From positions 32,001 to 96,000 of the IMG/VR virus record IMGVR_UViG_3300021168_000016: a DNA stretch of 64,000 nucleotides. One strand, 5' to 3'. Below the pieces are notes generated by a model. It searched no databases. It had not been told where the DNA came from and was given only the letters and a program-made list of their open reading frames with translations. The translations under genes were made by a program, and so were the position numbers. Positions 53,035 to 63,871 of this stretch are shown here, piece after piece (positions within the stretch are counted from its first letter, which is position 1; every line of letters starts with the position of its first letter). Source of the stretch: a virus.

Positions 53035-53185
53035 AGAAGGTAGGCTTGAACATAAAGAGTATCGGACTCGTAGAAGAAGAACCTCTCATCCAAATTACAC
53101 ATTAGTAATCATGAATTTCGGATTTTTCATCTGATGATGAAGCACGAATCGTGATGTTTACAAATAACAGAAAAGGAGAAGAAAA

Positions 53186-53467
53186 ATGCCGGAAGATAGA
53201 ATGAAAGTTATTGCAGCTAAACTGCTCAACCTATTCGGTGCTAGAGGCCAGCACTGGATAAGAGGTGAAGAAAGCAACGGTAATGGCGACTACTGCCTGA
53301 TAGGTGGTATGAAAGAGTTAAACCTTACTCATGAAATGAAAACGTTACAAAGAGCTGTACGTGAAAAGACAAAGCATACTTCCATCGCAGCATTTAACGA
53401 CCAGCACTACTGGCCTACCATCAAAGACTTTCTCTGCAGTTACATCCGTCCGAAAGTAAAGAAATAA
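53186..53467 (+). CDS. hypothetical phage protein (DUF6197-like)
   Basis: WIRG...YCLIGG...IAAFND. Confidence 0.5.
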   Translation: MPEDRMKVIAAKLLNLFGARGQHWIRGEESNGNGDYCLIGGMKELNLTHEMKTLQRAVREKTKHTSIAAFNDQHYWPTIKDFLCSYIRPKVKK

Positions 53468-53479
53468 AAGGAGGCTGTC

Positions 53480-55221
53480 ATGCCACTAAATGTACCACTT
53501 CTACGCGAAATTCAGAAGCAGATACTGGAGAAGCCCAACACTTTCTTCATGAGAAATTGGATAAGAAGAAAAAAGTTTGAGGGTTCTACCTACATTAATG
53601 ATGAAGGACTCAGTACTAGATACGCTGAGTGTGGAACTGTTGGCTGTATAGCTGGGACCGCCTGCCTGATAATGGAGCGTGAAGGGAAACTTTCCGAACT
53701 TAACGGCGCAGATGACATCAAAAGCGGGGCAATTGACCTACTCGGCCTTAAGGACGTAGGAAATTCACTCTTCTACGTGGATAACTGGGACTGTGAAATT
53801 CGTAAGGAGTACAGAGAAGCACCAACAGCTAAGTGTCGGGCTGTTGCGGCGTGTAAACAGATCGATCTGTACATCGAACAACACAAAGGAGAATAGCTAT
53901 GCCAAAGTTAAACGTACCTCTACTGAGAGAAATACAGAAGCAGATCCTCAGGGAACCAAATGGCTTCTTCATGAGATCTTGGATACGCAGAAGAAGTCAT
54001 GATAATGAAGAATTCTTTTCTGGCGATATTGTAGCAGGAGGATCAGATCTACAAAGATTTCCTGAGTGTGGTACAGCTGCATGTATTGGAGGCTGGGCAG
54101 TATTACTTTCCGGAGGCACATATAACGAGAACGTAGAACCTATAGCCAAATCCCTTCTAGGCCTTTCTAGTACTTGGCTCTTCCAAGTTTCGACTTGGGA
54201 TAGAGATCTCCAAGGAAAGTATTGGTCTGAGCCATCAGTCGAGTGTCGTGCAGCTATCGCTGCTGAACAAATCGAACGTGTCATTCAACGCTACGGAGAA
54301 AAGGAGAGTGAAAGTGAAAAAGTCACTAAATGTGAAGCTACTTAGAAAGGTGCAGAAGCATATCATGAAGGAGCCTAAGCGTCTCCTCATGGGAGAGTGG
54401 CTAGTCACCAAATCTAAGAAAGTTCCCCAGTTTGAGAACGATGCAGGCGAATGGGAACATTTTCCGAAGTGTAATACAGCTGCCTGTATAGCCGGATGGG
54501 CAGTTATGTTACATGATAAACATCCTCCACGAGGAAAATCAATTGAGACTAGAGCTACCAAGATATTGGGTGGTAGCTCTATGGACAGCTTGTTTTATAC
54601 CTCTCTGTGGAAGCTAGAGCACGAGTTCAACACAGCAGAAACTCCTCGTCAACGAGCTAAGATAGCCGTTAAAGAGATCGATCACTTCATCAAAGAACAT
54701 GAGAAGAAAAAAAGGAGTTTAGGTAAGTAGCTTTGGAAGTTAAATAAGGATGAAAGGAAAATCAAATGCCGCTAAATGTTAAACTGCTTAGAAAGATACA
54801 GAAACGTATCCTAACCCAACCACAGGCATTCTTTATGCACGACTGGATACGTAGAAAAGAGTATTCCTCCAACAATACATTCCAGAATCCAGACACAGGT
54901 AAAGTGACAGAATTTACCACCTGTGGTACTGCTGGCTGTATAGCAGGATGGGCTATCCTGTTAACAGAGAAGAAAGGAGATGCGAAACTCATCTGGTCTA
55001 GCCAAATCCAGGAGAAGGCCACAGAGATACTTGGCCTAAGCCCCGGTGAGGACCTCATATTTGGTTCACCAAACTGGGGGACAGAACTTAGCGATGCTTA
55101 CGAAAATGCTAAGTCTGATCTTTGTCGTGCTGCTGTAGCGGTGAAAGCAATAGACAACCTGATTGAGCGGCACAAGGCAAAGAAACCTAAGGCTGTATTA
55201 AGCTCCTTTGAGAGCTTCTAA
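53480..55221 (+). repeat. four tandem paralogous CDSs (53480-53896, 53899-54345, ~54314-54730, 54766-55221)
   Basis: shared LNVxLLRxxQKxIxxxP..M..W and C[G/N]TxxCIxG motifs. Confidence 0.8.
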
Positions 55222-55228
55222 TCAGCAG

Positions 55229-55269
55229 CAAAGGCTCTTGGATTAGGAAATGTTATCCAAGAGCCTTTG
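55229..55269. terminator. hairpin between convergent genes
   Basis: CAAAGGCTCTTGGAT/ATCCAAGAGCCTTTG 15-bp stem. Confidence 0.65.
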
Positions 55270-55288
55270 GGGTTTGGGCTGGGACAGA

Positions 55289-55963
55289 TTACAGGGCTGC
55301 TTCGGTAACAGTGAATCCAACTGCACTGTTATCTGCAACGATGTCAACTGGAGCTGAGGTAGCAGTGATAGTTCCCGTAGCCAATGTGTCAGAGAACCCA
55401 ACAGTTACTCCCGTAGCATCAACCACAGGCTTAACCACGGATCCTAAGAACACGAGTCCGGTCGTATCAGCTGCGCGGGGAGGAGTAGCGGTGGGATCGC
55501 CGGGATCAGCTGCTACGGTTAAGGTAGCCGGTGCAGAACTAGTCGCGACCACTACCGTGCCGGTAGGAAGGGGTACGGAACCGCCTGCTGCATTGACGGG
55601 AGTAAGGGTGAAAAGAACACCCTTACCGTCGTCTAGAATTTGTAGGTCAACTGTCGCCTTAGCCTTTGCCATTAGTTTCTCCTTTGATAGAACGGTTTCA
55701 GTTACAGTAAATCCAACCGGAATTTGAGAGGGCTCCAAATAGCTAAGGATGGTATCAACCTTAGTACTCATTGCCGATTGTACTACAATCACTTCTTTAA
55801 TCAAGTTTAGAAGTTGTATATGAGCAGCTTCAGTCTTACCGACAGTAGAGGCAATCAAATCTACTGTGAATTCAATCTCGTCTATATCCTGTTGCAGCCT
55901 ATTCAACTCATTAAGAATGCTACAGGTGTCTCTTCCTACCCAACCTCTGTTATCATCAAGCAT
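55289..55963 (-). CDS. coiled-coil plus Ig-like Thr/Val/Ala-rich protein, possibly with an internal start at MAKAK
   Basis: beta-rich C-terminal half; VGFTVTE repeated; internal AAGGAG RBS. Confidence 0.5.
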   Translation of the reverse strand: MLDDNRGWVGRDTCSILNELNRLQQDIDEIEFTVDLIASTVGKTEAAHIQLLNLIKEVIVVQSAMSTKVDTILSYLEPSQIPVGFTVTETVLSKEKLMAKAKATVDLQILDDGKGVLFTLTPVNAAGGSVPLPTGTVVVATSSAPATLTVAADPGDPTATPPRAADTTGLVFLGSVVKPVVDATGVTVGFSDTLATGTITATSAPVDIVADNSAVGFTVTEAAL

Positions 55964-56039
55964 AGGATTTTCTTGAAACTAACTATAGACTTTTAAGACT
56001 AATAGTAGGACACTTTCACAATAAAGTCAAGAGGTATTT

Positions 56040-56597
56040 ATGGCCGGTGACAACAAATACTGGAGAGGATTCGCTCGGTTAATCCTTTGGCCTGTAACTA
56101 TCGTCGACAACGGAACAGAGCGAACATGCCATTGGTTTCAGAGGATGACAGGCTTAACTAATTACTGGCTACTAGGGAAGGAATCAATTGGCGTCTCATT
56201 CACCGTACTGGCTGAGTTCATGGCACATGCAGCTGGATTGAAAGGATATGCTTGGTTCACATCCCATCTGATTCCGGGAGGTTGGCCATGGAAGATTGTT
56301 GCTGGGGCTGTCATAGTGAACTATCTAGTTGATGGGGCATTCTACTGGAAAGTAAAAGAGCAGAGAGCATTTATACGGCTCTCACATGGGTTAGCTAACC
56401 CTAACAAGATGAATTTGATTAGAGTCTACCGCCTACTTCTGCTTGCTACCTGCTGGATTGACATGTATTTACTCGCACTAATGATCTATTTCTTTCTGGA
56501 TTCCTGTGATCCTTTACCTCCATGTAAAGGGAAGGTTAGAGAGTGGTGGGAGAATAGGAACAAGAAGTTAATCCCTGTTGAGGTGATAGAACAATGA
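56040..56597 (+). CDS. membrane protein
   Basis: three hydrophobic segments. Confidence 0.55.
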   Translation: MAGDNKYWRGFARLILWPVTIVDNGTERTCHWFQRMTGLTNYWLLGKESIGVSFTVLAEFMAHAAGLKGYAWFTSHLIPGGWPWKIVAGAVIVNYLVDGAFYWKVKEQRAFIRLSHGLANPNKMNLIRVYRLLLLATCWIDMYLLALMIYFFLDSCDPLPPCKGKVREWWENRNKKLIPVEVIEQ

Positions 56598-56884
56598 AAG
56601 AAAGATATGATTTCTCCGAAGGAACACAAGGGAAGTATGCTCAGGCGAAGGAATGGATAGTACTGCTTAATGCCTGGAGAGCAGCAGCTGCTCTATTGAT
56701 GCAACACATCCGTACCTGTGCTATCTGCCATGCAGCAGAAGCAAATGGAGGAGTATCGTACTGTGAGATGAATGATAGGATGTGGGAAGAGATGATGTCG
56801 TATGAATACAAGGTGAAGGCTGTACTACCTGAGATGCGTGATGCTGGTGTAGATGTAGATAGTGTTATAAAGGATTTTAAGTAG
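56594..56884 (+). CDS. hypothetical protein with BrnA-like N-terminus
   Basis: MKERYDFSEGTQGKYA. Confidence 0.4.
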   Translation: MKERYDFSEGTQGKYAQAKEWIVLLNAWRAAAALLMQHIRTCAICHAAEANGGVSYCEMNDRMWEEMMSYEYKVKAVLPEMRDAGVDVDSVIKDFK

Positions 56885-57319
56885 ATAACTAAATGATATA
56901 TACAGTACTCATCCTCCCTACTACTATGTGTTCTGTATAGTAGATCTCTATTTATAACGTATACATACAAGCATCAAGCAATAGAGAAAACAGTATCAGA
57001 AAGCAATAGTATATACATCCGTAGTAGGATGTTAAAGCATAGCCGGTAAACCACTTATACACCAGTTGATTTGTAGTAGTAGGATCCAACCAAGGACGTC
57101 GAGTTTCATATGCCTCGTATGCGATATGCGAATGTGCGCTGTGCATTAAACGACATATGGTGGAATCAAGTATCCACTCCGTTCCGATGGGAAAAACCTC
57201 TTTCGAGGACAACCAGCTTTCATGGCTTACATGTGCCCTACACACGCGACTATTACAGCACTCAATAACAGCAGCCCGTTGTTTGTTGCCGGAGGTTACA
57301 CGTTGCTGCGAAGTTCCTC

Positions 57320-57682
57320 TCATACAACTCTGGCTAAACTCAACTTAAATTCTCTATCAATTTCTTCGATTTCGTGCTTAGTAGTAGCACTTCTTTTAAT
57401 CATTCTTTCATGCAATCTTTGCTGTCGTCTTACCCACTTCTGTTTCCTCTTGGAAACATCCTTAACAGGCTTAAGCTTTTCCTGCTTAGGTTCACTCGCT
57501 ATGTTAACCTGATAGGCTTCGTAATGGAAGCCTTCATAGGAACTGAGTCTGCGTTCCTTAGTAAGCAGAGGCTTTATGCCTTGTTCAGTCAAGCAGGAAG
57601 GACACTCGTTAGCGAACCCCGGCTTGCCAGGAAGCAGTTCAAATTCTTCTGAGCAGTGTCTACAAGTTAAGATTCTGTTCAT
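57320..57682 (-). CDS. zinc-ribbon hypothetical protein
   Basis: CRHC...CPSC. Confidence 0.55.
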   Translation of the reverse strand: MNRILTCRHCSEEFELLPGKPGFANECPSCLTEQGIKPLLTKERRLSSYEGFHYEAYQVNIASEPKQEKLKPVKDVSKRKQKWVRRQQRLHERMIKRSATTKHEIEEIDREFKLSLARVV

Positions 57683-57938
57683 ATAGCTATTCTGTTTGTC
57701 TTGAATTAGGTCTTGACAGGAAAGACTTTCTCTCGACAGTGATGTTATATAATATTTGCTTGACTTTTGTCAAGCATTATTTATAATGAATGCTCCAACC
57801 TTCAGACCTTTTCTCGACAAAAAGCTCGAAGAAATCAACGCCGACGAGCCATCGTCGGCTTTGGTTTGTATTGACCTTTTATACCGGCCTATTAATCAAC
57901 TGATAGGTGTAGTAAAATCCAACGAAGGAGTTAACAAA

Positions 57939-58226
57939 ATGTCACCGTTTGCACAAAACTCCATGCTGTCACAACAACAACAACAGGGACAACAATCTCA
58001 GACCAGCGAGTATAAGCCGAAACTGGTTTATGCTACTCGTCAGAACCATCATGAGGATCCCGTGGAGCTGGCATTTGCAGTCACCGATCCAGCGACCGGA
58101 TCTGAAAAGATAATCACCGTTAACAACATCGACAGCCTCACCCTCTTTGAGTCTACCCAAGAGGGACAGCAATGGGTGCAGCAGGTGAAACAGCAGAGCC
58201 AACGCAACATTCGTCGCGTGGCCTAA
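57939..58226 (+). CDS. Gln-rich small protein
   Basis: AAGGAG RBS; followed by GGGGCGAGG/CCTCGCCCC terminator with T-tract near 58285-58317. Confidence 0.55.
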   Translation: MSPFAQNSMLSQQQQQGQQSQTSEYKPKLVYATRQNHHEDPVELAFAVTDPATGSEKIITVNNIDSLTLFESTQEGQQWVQQVKQQSQRNIRRVA

Positions 58227-58562
58227 CCTCGCTCTTGTCTACCGCTTAACCTTTAACTAGCCTACCTTTAAACATAGTCGTGATGGGGCGAGGACGCGAT
58301 TCCTCGCCCTTTCTTTATAGGGAAGGTAGTATGACCCCACACAAACAGATTACAAAGAAAGTCAGTGCTAACTGCTTGAAAGGGAAGCACAGCATCTGCT
58401 ACACAGATAGTTGCCAATGCAGATGCCCCACCCATCTTGGACATACCAGTGAGAACCGACGACCTAGCTATAAGCTATCACAGAATTCTAAAGTAGAAAG
58501 GAGTCAATCATGAGGAATCATTTAACTATGATTCAAATCTGTTCGAGAAAAGAAGGGGTAGT

Positions 58563-59222
58563 ATGCAACCAAGTCTCAAAACCTCCCTAGTATTGCTATG
58601 TCTTCTGCTGGTTACATTCCCAGCATTAGCACAGCAGAAGATAACAGGTGCTCATGTCACTGCAGCTTATGCGAATGGCAAAGCAACCTTCACAGTTTAC
58701 AATGATTCTGATCGAGAGATAAAGGTGTGGCAGATCAGAACCGTCGCCAAGTATCCAAATGGACATGAACAGATCGGAGGTAAAGGAGAAATCAATTCTT
58801 TGCCTGCGGGAAAGTCTGTCGTGTTCGAAGATGCTAACGATTATGGACCTGCGGTTTCAGTCACGGCTGAAGTCACCCTAGTTGTCTACGGTGACAACAG
58901 TGCTGAGGCAACCGACGAAATCGCTCTTGCTAGAATAATTGCAGAGCGAAAGAGTCGTGCTTACACGACTGCTCTTTTGTCCTCAACCCTTAGGACAGCA
59001 GCCATGGACGAACAGCCGACTGCACGGCTGAGAAGTGATCTGCAGTCGCTCATGTCATCTCCTGATAAGAGGATAAATAAAGCCTTGATATCAGGGGCCA
59101 TCGACGATATTAAAAATATCGCTGATGATGGTCATGAGCGGGAAGCGATACAACAGAGAGCTACCTTCTTTCAACGGATGTCTAAAGCCAATGACACCGG
59201 TGAGATTAGGAGGCTCCAATGA
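58563..59222 (+). CDS. secreted hypothetical protein
   Basis: signal peptide ending in ALA; coupled to the next gene. Confidence 0.65.
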   Translation: MQPSLKTSLVLLCLLLVTFPALAQQKITGAHVTAAYANGKATFTVYNDSDREIKVWQIRTVAKYPNGHEQIGGKGEINSLPAGKSVVFEDANDYGPAVSVTAEVTLVVYGDNSAEATDEIALARIIAERKSRAYTTALLSSTLRTAAMDEQPTARLRSDLQSLMSSPDKRINKALISGAIDDIKNIADDGHEREAIQQRATFFQRMSKANDTGEIRRLQ

Positions 59223-60289
59223 AAATCCTATTTGCTGTATTGGTTCTAAGTTGCTGCCTGCATGCTCAGGACCCTAACTGTAGCTATGGGACAATGACCC
59301 CGACCGGAGTGGCTGCTGGTTGCCAAGCTGGTCCGGGTCAAACTCCTCCCTTCCAACCTGGTACAGTAGTTCCCAATCCAACTACTTACTCGTTCAACGA
59401 TCAATGTTGGGACGATTCGTCCGGCATTTCCAAGTTGTACGGGAGCATGGGCTCATCCGTTACGGGACAGGGCCAATGCCTGAGTCTAGGATACCATCCT
59501 GGAATTACCTGGCAGCTGTGTTTCCCGCAGAGTGCTCCCGTGGAGATAGATGCTTTTACCTCCGGTGGATATAACCAGTTTTACAATTACGCCTACGATT
59601 ACTATTTTGTAGTAAGCGGCGGGGGTATAGCTGGAGGACCAATAAAAGGGTCATGTCAACCGACGGGAACTGGGAAGTTTGATCTGAAGCAATGTCACGC
59701 CAAAGCCTGCCTCTTCTGCGGTAATGGGGGAGGCAGTCCAATCATCCTGGACGTAACGGGAGAAGGGTTCCATCTAACGTCAGAAGAAAATGGAGTTAAA
59801 TTCGATATTCTGGCTGATGGAAATCCTGTCCAAACGTCCTGGACTGATCCACATTACCACACAAGCCTCCTGGTACATGACGTTCCCACGAACGGCAGAC
59901 TCACTGGGAAGAACTTGTTTGGGAACCATACTTACAATGGCTGCAGAAATGGTTACTGTGCTTTAGCCGAGTTTGCTCGCGTAGACTTGACTAAGACTAG
60001 TACCATTGACAGCAGCAACGCAGCCTTTGCTAAGTTGAAACTGTGGGATGATGTCAATCATGATGGTATTGCTCAACCTAACGAGTTGAGTAGTTTGTCA
60101 TCGAAAGGAGTGACTTCGTTGAGTGTGGTTGGCACGTCGAATTCTTACACCGACGTCTACGGTAATTCCTTCAGGTATAAGGGGAAGGTAAATCCGTTGG
60201 GCCAACCATCAACAGATCACGTCGATCGAACTAGCTATGACGTGTTCTTTGTATTCCAAGAACCACCTCAACCAGAATGTGTTTACTAA
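59219..60289 (+). CDS. secreted Cys-rich protein with FrpC self-processing-module-like Ca-binding C-domain
   Basis: signal peptide; SPIILDVTGEG, VKFDILADG, LFGN, NGYCALAEF, LKLWDDVNHDGIAQPNEL. Confidence 0.65.
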   Translation: MKILFAVLVLSCCLHAQDPNCSYGTMTPTGVAAGCQAGPGQTPPFQPGTVVPNPTTYSFNDQCWDDSSGISKLYGSMGSSVTGQGQCLSLGYHPGITWQLCFPQSAPVEIDAFTSGGYNQFYNYAYDYYFVVSGGGIAGGPIKGSCQPTGTGKFDLKQCHAKACLFCGNGGGSPIILDVTGEGFHLTSEENGVKFDILADGNPVQTSWTDPHYHTSLLVHDVPTNGRLTGKNLFGNHTYNGCRNGYCALAEFARVDLTKTSTIDSSNAAFAKLKLWDDVNHDGIAQPNELSSLSSKGVTSLSVVGTSNSYTDVYGNSFRYKGKVNPLGQPSTDHVDRTSYDVFFVFQEPPQPECVY

Positions 60290-60403
60290 TGACAAGAAGT
60301 TAGACAACAATCAGCTGGTACCCATTTAGATATCTAGCAGCCCTCACTGGTTATGTGGGGGCTGTCTTTACTGGTATATTACTCTAAAAAGGAGAAAATA
60401 ACA

Positions 60404-60661
60404 ATGGCAACAGCAGTTGAAGTACCAAAAGCAAAGAACACCATTCACACTCTTAACGAGTCAGGCGATACTCGCTTGATGTGGTCCGTTGACAACCCAG
60501 ACGAAACAGCAGCCGCTAAGCTCATGTTTCAATCACTGAAGGCAAAGCATTTCATTGCCTATAAGGCGGAGGGGAAGGAAGGAAAGAAGGGAGAGATCAT
60601 TCACGAGTTCGATCCTACCGCAGAACGAATCATCATGGTGCCACGACAGGTAGGAGGGTAA
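60404..60661 (+). CDS. small protein with C-terminal GG (ubiquitin/ThiS-like terminus)
   Basis: FDPTAERIIMVPRQVGG-stop. Confidence 0.55.
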   Translation: MATAVEVPKAKNTIHTLNESGDTRLMWSVDNPDETAAAKLMFQSLKAKHFIAYKAEGKEGKKGEIIHEFDPTAERIIMVPRQVGG

Positions 60662-60662
60662 C

Positions 60663-61271
60663 ATGCCCTATGCCTATACCAGCTCTAGCCAAAATATAGC
60701 TGTCTCTACCGGTGTTGCCTGTACAGGAGGGAACATGTACGGTAGCTGGCCATTTGATACAGGCACAGGAACAAATGTCACTACAGTCGCCCAGTTGGGT
60801 AACTGGCCCTTCATCTACATACAGGAAGGACAACTAACCCAGCAAGGTATGACCCAAATAGCTATGCAGTATACTTACAACGATAGTCAACCGACACAAA
60901 AGGAGATTGCCCTTCGGATTGCCCAGCAAGAAGAAGAAAATGAGAGGTACAAGAAAGCACTTGAGCAGAAGCTAAAAGCTGAAGCTCGGGCTGATGAATT
61001 GCTTCTCTTGTTCTTGAATGAAGAACAGAAGAAGCAGTACAAAGAACTAGGCTACTTCGAAACTGAAGTGAACGATACCAGGTATCGTCTCCATAGAGGG
61101 AGAGCTGGGAACGTTTACAAGATCGATTCAAAGGGGAAGCCTGTAGAACAGCTGTGCATCCATCCCAAAGAGTGGCTTCCTGACAGTGACAACGTGCTCG
61201 CTCAATTCCTGGCTCTAACAACAGATCCAGTAGAGTTTGAGCGGACCGCCAACCATACGAGGTTAAGCTAA
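60663..61271 (+). CDS. hypothetical protein partnered with the GG-terminal protein
   Basis: LCIHP...LPDSDNVLAQFLAL...FERTAN. Confidence 0.6.
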   Translation: MPYAYTSSSQNIAVSTGVACTGGNMYGSWPFDTGTGTNVTTVAQLGNWPFIYIQEGQLTQQGMTQIAMQYTYNDSQPTQKEIALRIAQQEEENERYKKALEQKLKAEARADELLLLFLNEEQKKQYKELGYFETEVNDTRYRLHRGRAGNVYKIDSKGKPVEQLCIHPKEWLPDSDNVLAQFLALTTDPVEFERTANHTRLS

Positions 61272-61322
61272 ATCCACGCTAAACCAACAGGGCGGGAGCA
61301 TAAGCTCTCGCCCGGAGGATCT

Positions 61323-61829
61323 ATGAAAACAGCGATTGCAGTCCTGTCGTTAGCAGGTGCAGCGTTTGGGAATTCAATCAACATCAACGGAGTTGGAAGT
61401 GCAGTATCACTGAATAAGACGCCTTATGGATTAGATGTAGAGTTCTCATCGAGCAATCGAGGGAACCCACATTTCTATCTGGCGCTGTCGAGTGTGAATG
61501 AATCCTCTTTCACTGGAGGATTCTCAGTAGCAATAGGAGACACAGAATATCGGATGGCATTGCCAGTGGCCGACTTGAAAGACAACATTCTGAGTGGGAA
61601 CTTCACGGGATTCGAGTATCAAAGATTAGGTCCACGGGATTGGGTTTACTACGCGATTGCAGGGACATTCACAGAGGGAGTTAACTTCACAATACCCAAT
61701 CAGCAAGCAACAGTCGATATCACACAGTCTACATTCCTGGGACCAATCGTTATAGCGCCGGAGCCTTCGGCGCTGATGCTGATGGTCACTGGGATATTGG
61801 GAATGTTTGGGATAAGGAAGCGCCGTTAA
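61323..61829 (+). CDS. PEP-CTERM surface protein
   Basis: signal peptide; C-terminal APEPSALMLMVTGILGMFGIRKRR (PEP, TM helix, basic tail). Confidence 0.85.
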   Translation: MKTAIAVLSLAGAAFGNSININGVGSAVSLNKTPYGLDVEFSSSNRGNPHFYLALSSVNESSFTGGFSVAIGDTEYRMALPVADLKDNILSGNFTGFEYQRLGPRDWVYYAIAGTFTEGVNFTIPNQQATVDITQSTFLGPIVIAPEPSALMLMVTGILGMFGIRKRR

Positions 61830-61842
61830 GTTACTTTAAACG

Positions 61843-62048
61843 ACGTCAGGTTGGCGGTGTTGACCTTGAATCGCCCATCGTGGTTGGGTGGTGGGTAGTT
61901 AACAGCACGGTAACGGTTCAGAAAACCGCCATTTAAGTTTGGGAAGTGTGGTGTAAGTAGGTCAGTAAACAGCATATAGCTGCTGGAGGGGTTCTGCAGG
62001 ACGATTCCAGCACTGATTCGAACACCTGACGTGTAAGCGTGCTTCCCA
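61843..62048 (+). ncRNA. candidate ~205-nt pseudoknotted ncRNA
   Basis: ACGTCAGGT/ACCTGACGT, GGCGGT/ACCGCC, GGGAAGT/GCTTCCC, TGCTGGA/TCCAGCA helices. Confidence 0.45.
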
Positions 62049-62067
62049 ATTCATTAGGAGATCTGTT

Positions 62068-63475
62068 ATGCATCCAGACAGTTTCGAATTCGGCTGTGCC
62101 ATTTTCATAGTTTGTTTGGCGGGATTTATATACTTAACGTATCAGCAGGCAAGCCTTATGCGGTGGGGTATAGTAAATGTAATTACGATAATAATTTGGG
62201 TAGGCATGTGTGGGCTGATGCTATCTAGCCTGGGCTGGATCATCTGGCACCTAAACGATTACTACCCGCTAGCTAAGACAGTTCATCCACCCGATCATTG
62301 GTTCATGATTAGCCGACATTAGGAGATAATATATGGAGATGAGTAAACTGCTTCTTCTCCCACCGGACTTCTTTCCCATTGAAATAGAAGCATTTAGAGA
62401 GGATACAAAAGAAGTTGTCTGGACTACATTAGTAGAACGCCCGAAAGAAGATGAAGCTAGTCAGATACATGTTCCTCCTTTGAAGAAGATCCATGGAGTT
62501 CCTATAGGGATACGCATAAGTTATGCAAACGGTATCAAACACGAAGTCACTAGTGAAGAGAATGACAGTGAAGAACAGATTCGAGATTAAGGAGGATCAG
62601 AATGCAACCTAAAGTTGACAGAAGGAAATTCCTCTCTATGTTCGCAGCAGGATCGGTTGGCATGTCTGTTGTAGATAAGGTCGATCTCTTAGCTGATATG
62701 TCGAAATGGGTATTGTCTCCCAGCAAGACGATATTCATTCCTCCACCTCTGTCTGAAATCCGATTCGACTACTTTGAAACTCCTGTGTATGGCAAATGGG
62801 AAGCCTGGCAACAGATACAGTGTGTCAGCATGATGTTCTACGCCAAATAACCCTTGACATTGCGATTCGATTTCTGTAGAATCGCTCTGTCAGGAGAGAT
62901 ATTCATGTCATACAGTAACGTTACTGTTAATCTTATTGGTGGCGCGAATGTCAGTTCAATTCTAACAACTTCTGACCTATCTAGTGCACAGACTTACATC
63001 CAAATGGTGGCGAAGAATGCAGGGATCTGGTTGCCTCTTGTGAACGCTACAAGCAGCTATCAAGTCTTTTATCCTACGTCCAGCATTCTGTCGATCACAG
63101 TAGGTTAGGAGAATTAAATTGGAAATCTATTGGTCACTCCTTATCTGTCTCCTCGGATTAGTTATTTACTTCATTACAGCTAACCCAGCCCCTCCTCCAT
63201 CGACCCTGAATATGAAGTTTAACGTAGTCGGTCTGCATATGTTCTGGGTAGGTCTATTTGTATTCTTGATGCAAGTTGGACCGACGATGACTGGCTTCGC
63301 TACTCATCGATAAGGGAGACAGAATGTATCTGATTCTAATAGTTGTACTGATCTTGGTGCTCATTGGAGCTGTTCCTTCATGGCCACATAGTGCGGGATG
63401 GGGATATGGTCCTTCAGGAATCGTAGGTCTTATCCTGATAATTGTTATCGTACTATTTCTAGTGGGCAGATTGTA
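62068..63475 (+). other. run of small hypothetical/membrane CDSs
   Basis: short ORFs with AGGAG RBS; 62602-62850 carries an RRKFL Tat-like N-terminus. Confidence 0.5.
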
Positions 63476-63622
63476 ACATGGAGAAAGAAAAGAAATCTTA
63501 TCCTGAACATAAGAATGCAGGGGATTTGGTTAATCCCAATGCTCCTGTCGACGGGAAAGATCAAGCAGCTGGTAAGAAGCAATACCCAGAAAAAGATGAC
63601 GGTATAAAGAAACCAGTATGAA

Positions 63623-63871
63623 ATGGGAGTACTTAGAGATCAACTAACCGCTAGGCGCCAGCTTCGCGAGCAGCAGGTAATTGAATTACTACTACAAGGC
63701 TGCGAAGACTCAGAAATAGCCAGTCAACTACACGTAGCAAAAAGAACAATCAAGATGAACATGAATGTGTTGTTCCGCCGATTCAAAATCTCCGGCGGAA
63801 TCAAGCGTGTGAAACTTGCAGTTATCCTGTATCGAATACAGGTAAGGCAGAACGCTACTCCGCCAGTTTAA
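63623..63871 (+). CDS. LuxR-like HTH regulator
   Basis: REQQVIELLLQGCEDSEIASQLHVAKRTIKMNM. Confidence 0.75.
   Translation: MGVLRDQLTARRQLREQQVIELLLQGCEDSEIASQLHVAKRTIKMNMNVLFRRFKISGGIKRVKLAVILYRIQVRQNATPPV

Noticed and set aside
61941-62048. tRNA gene
   Set aside because: An acceptor-like stem is present, but the length is 108 nt and the TTCGAA is not in a proper T-stem; kept only as an unknown ncRNA
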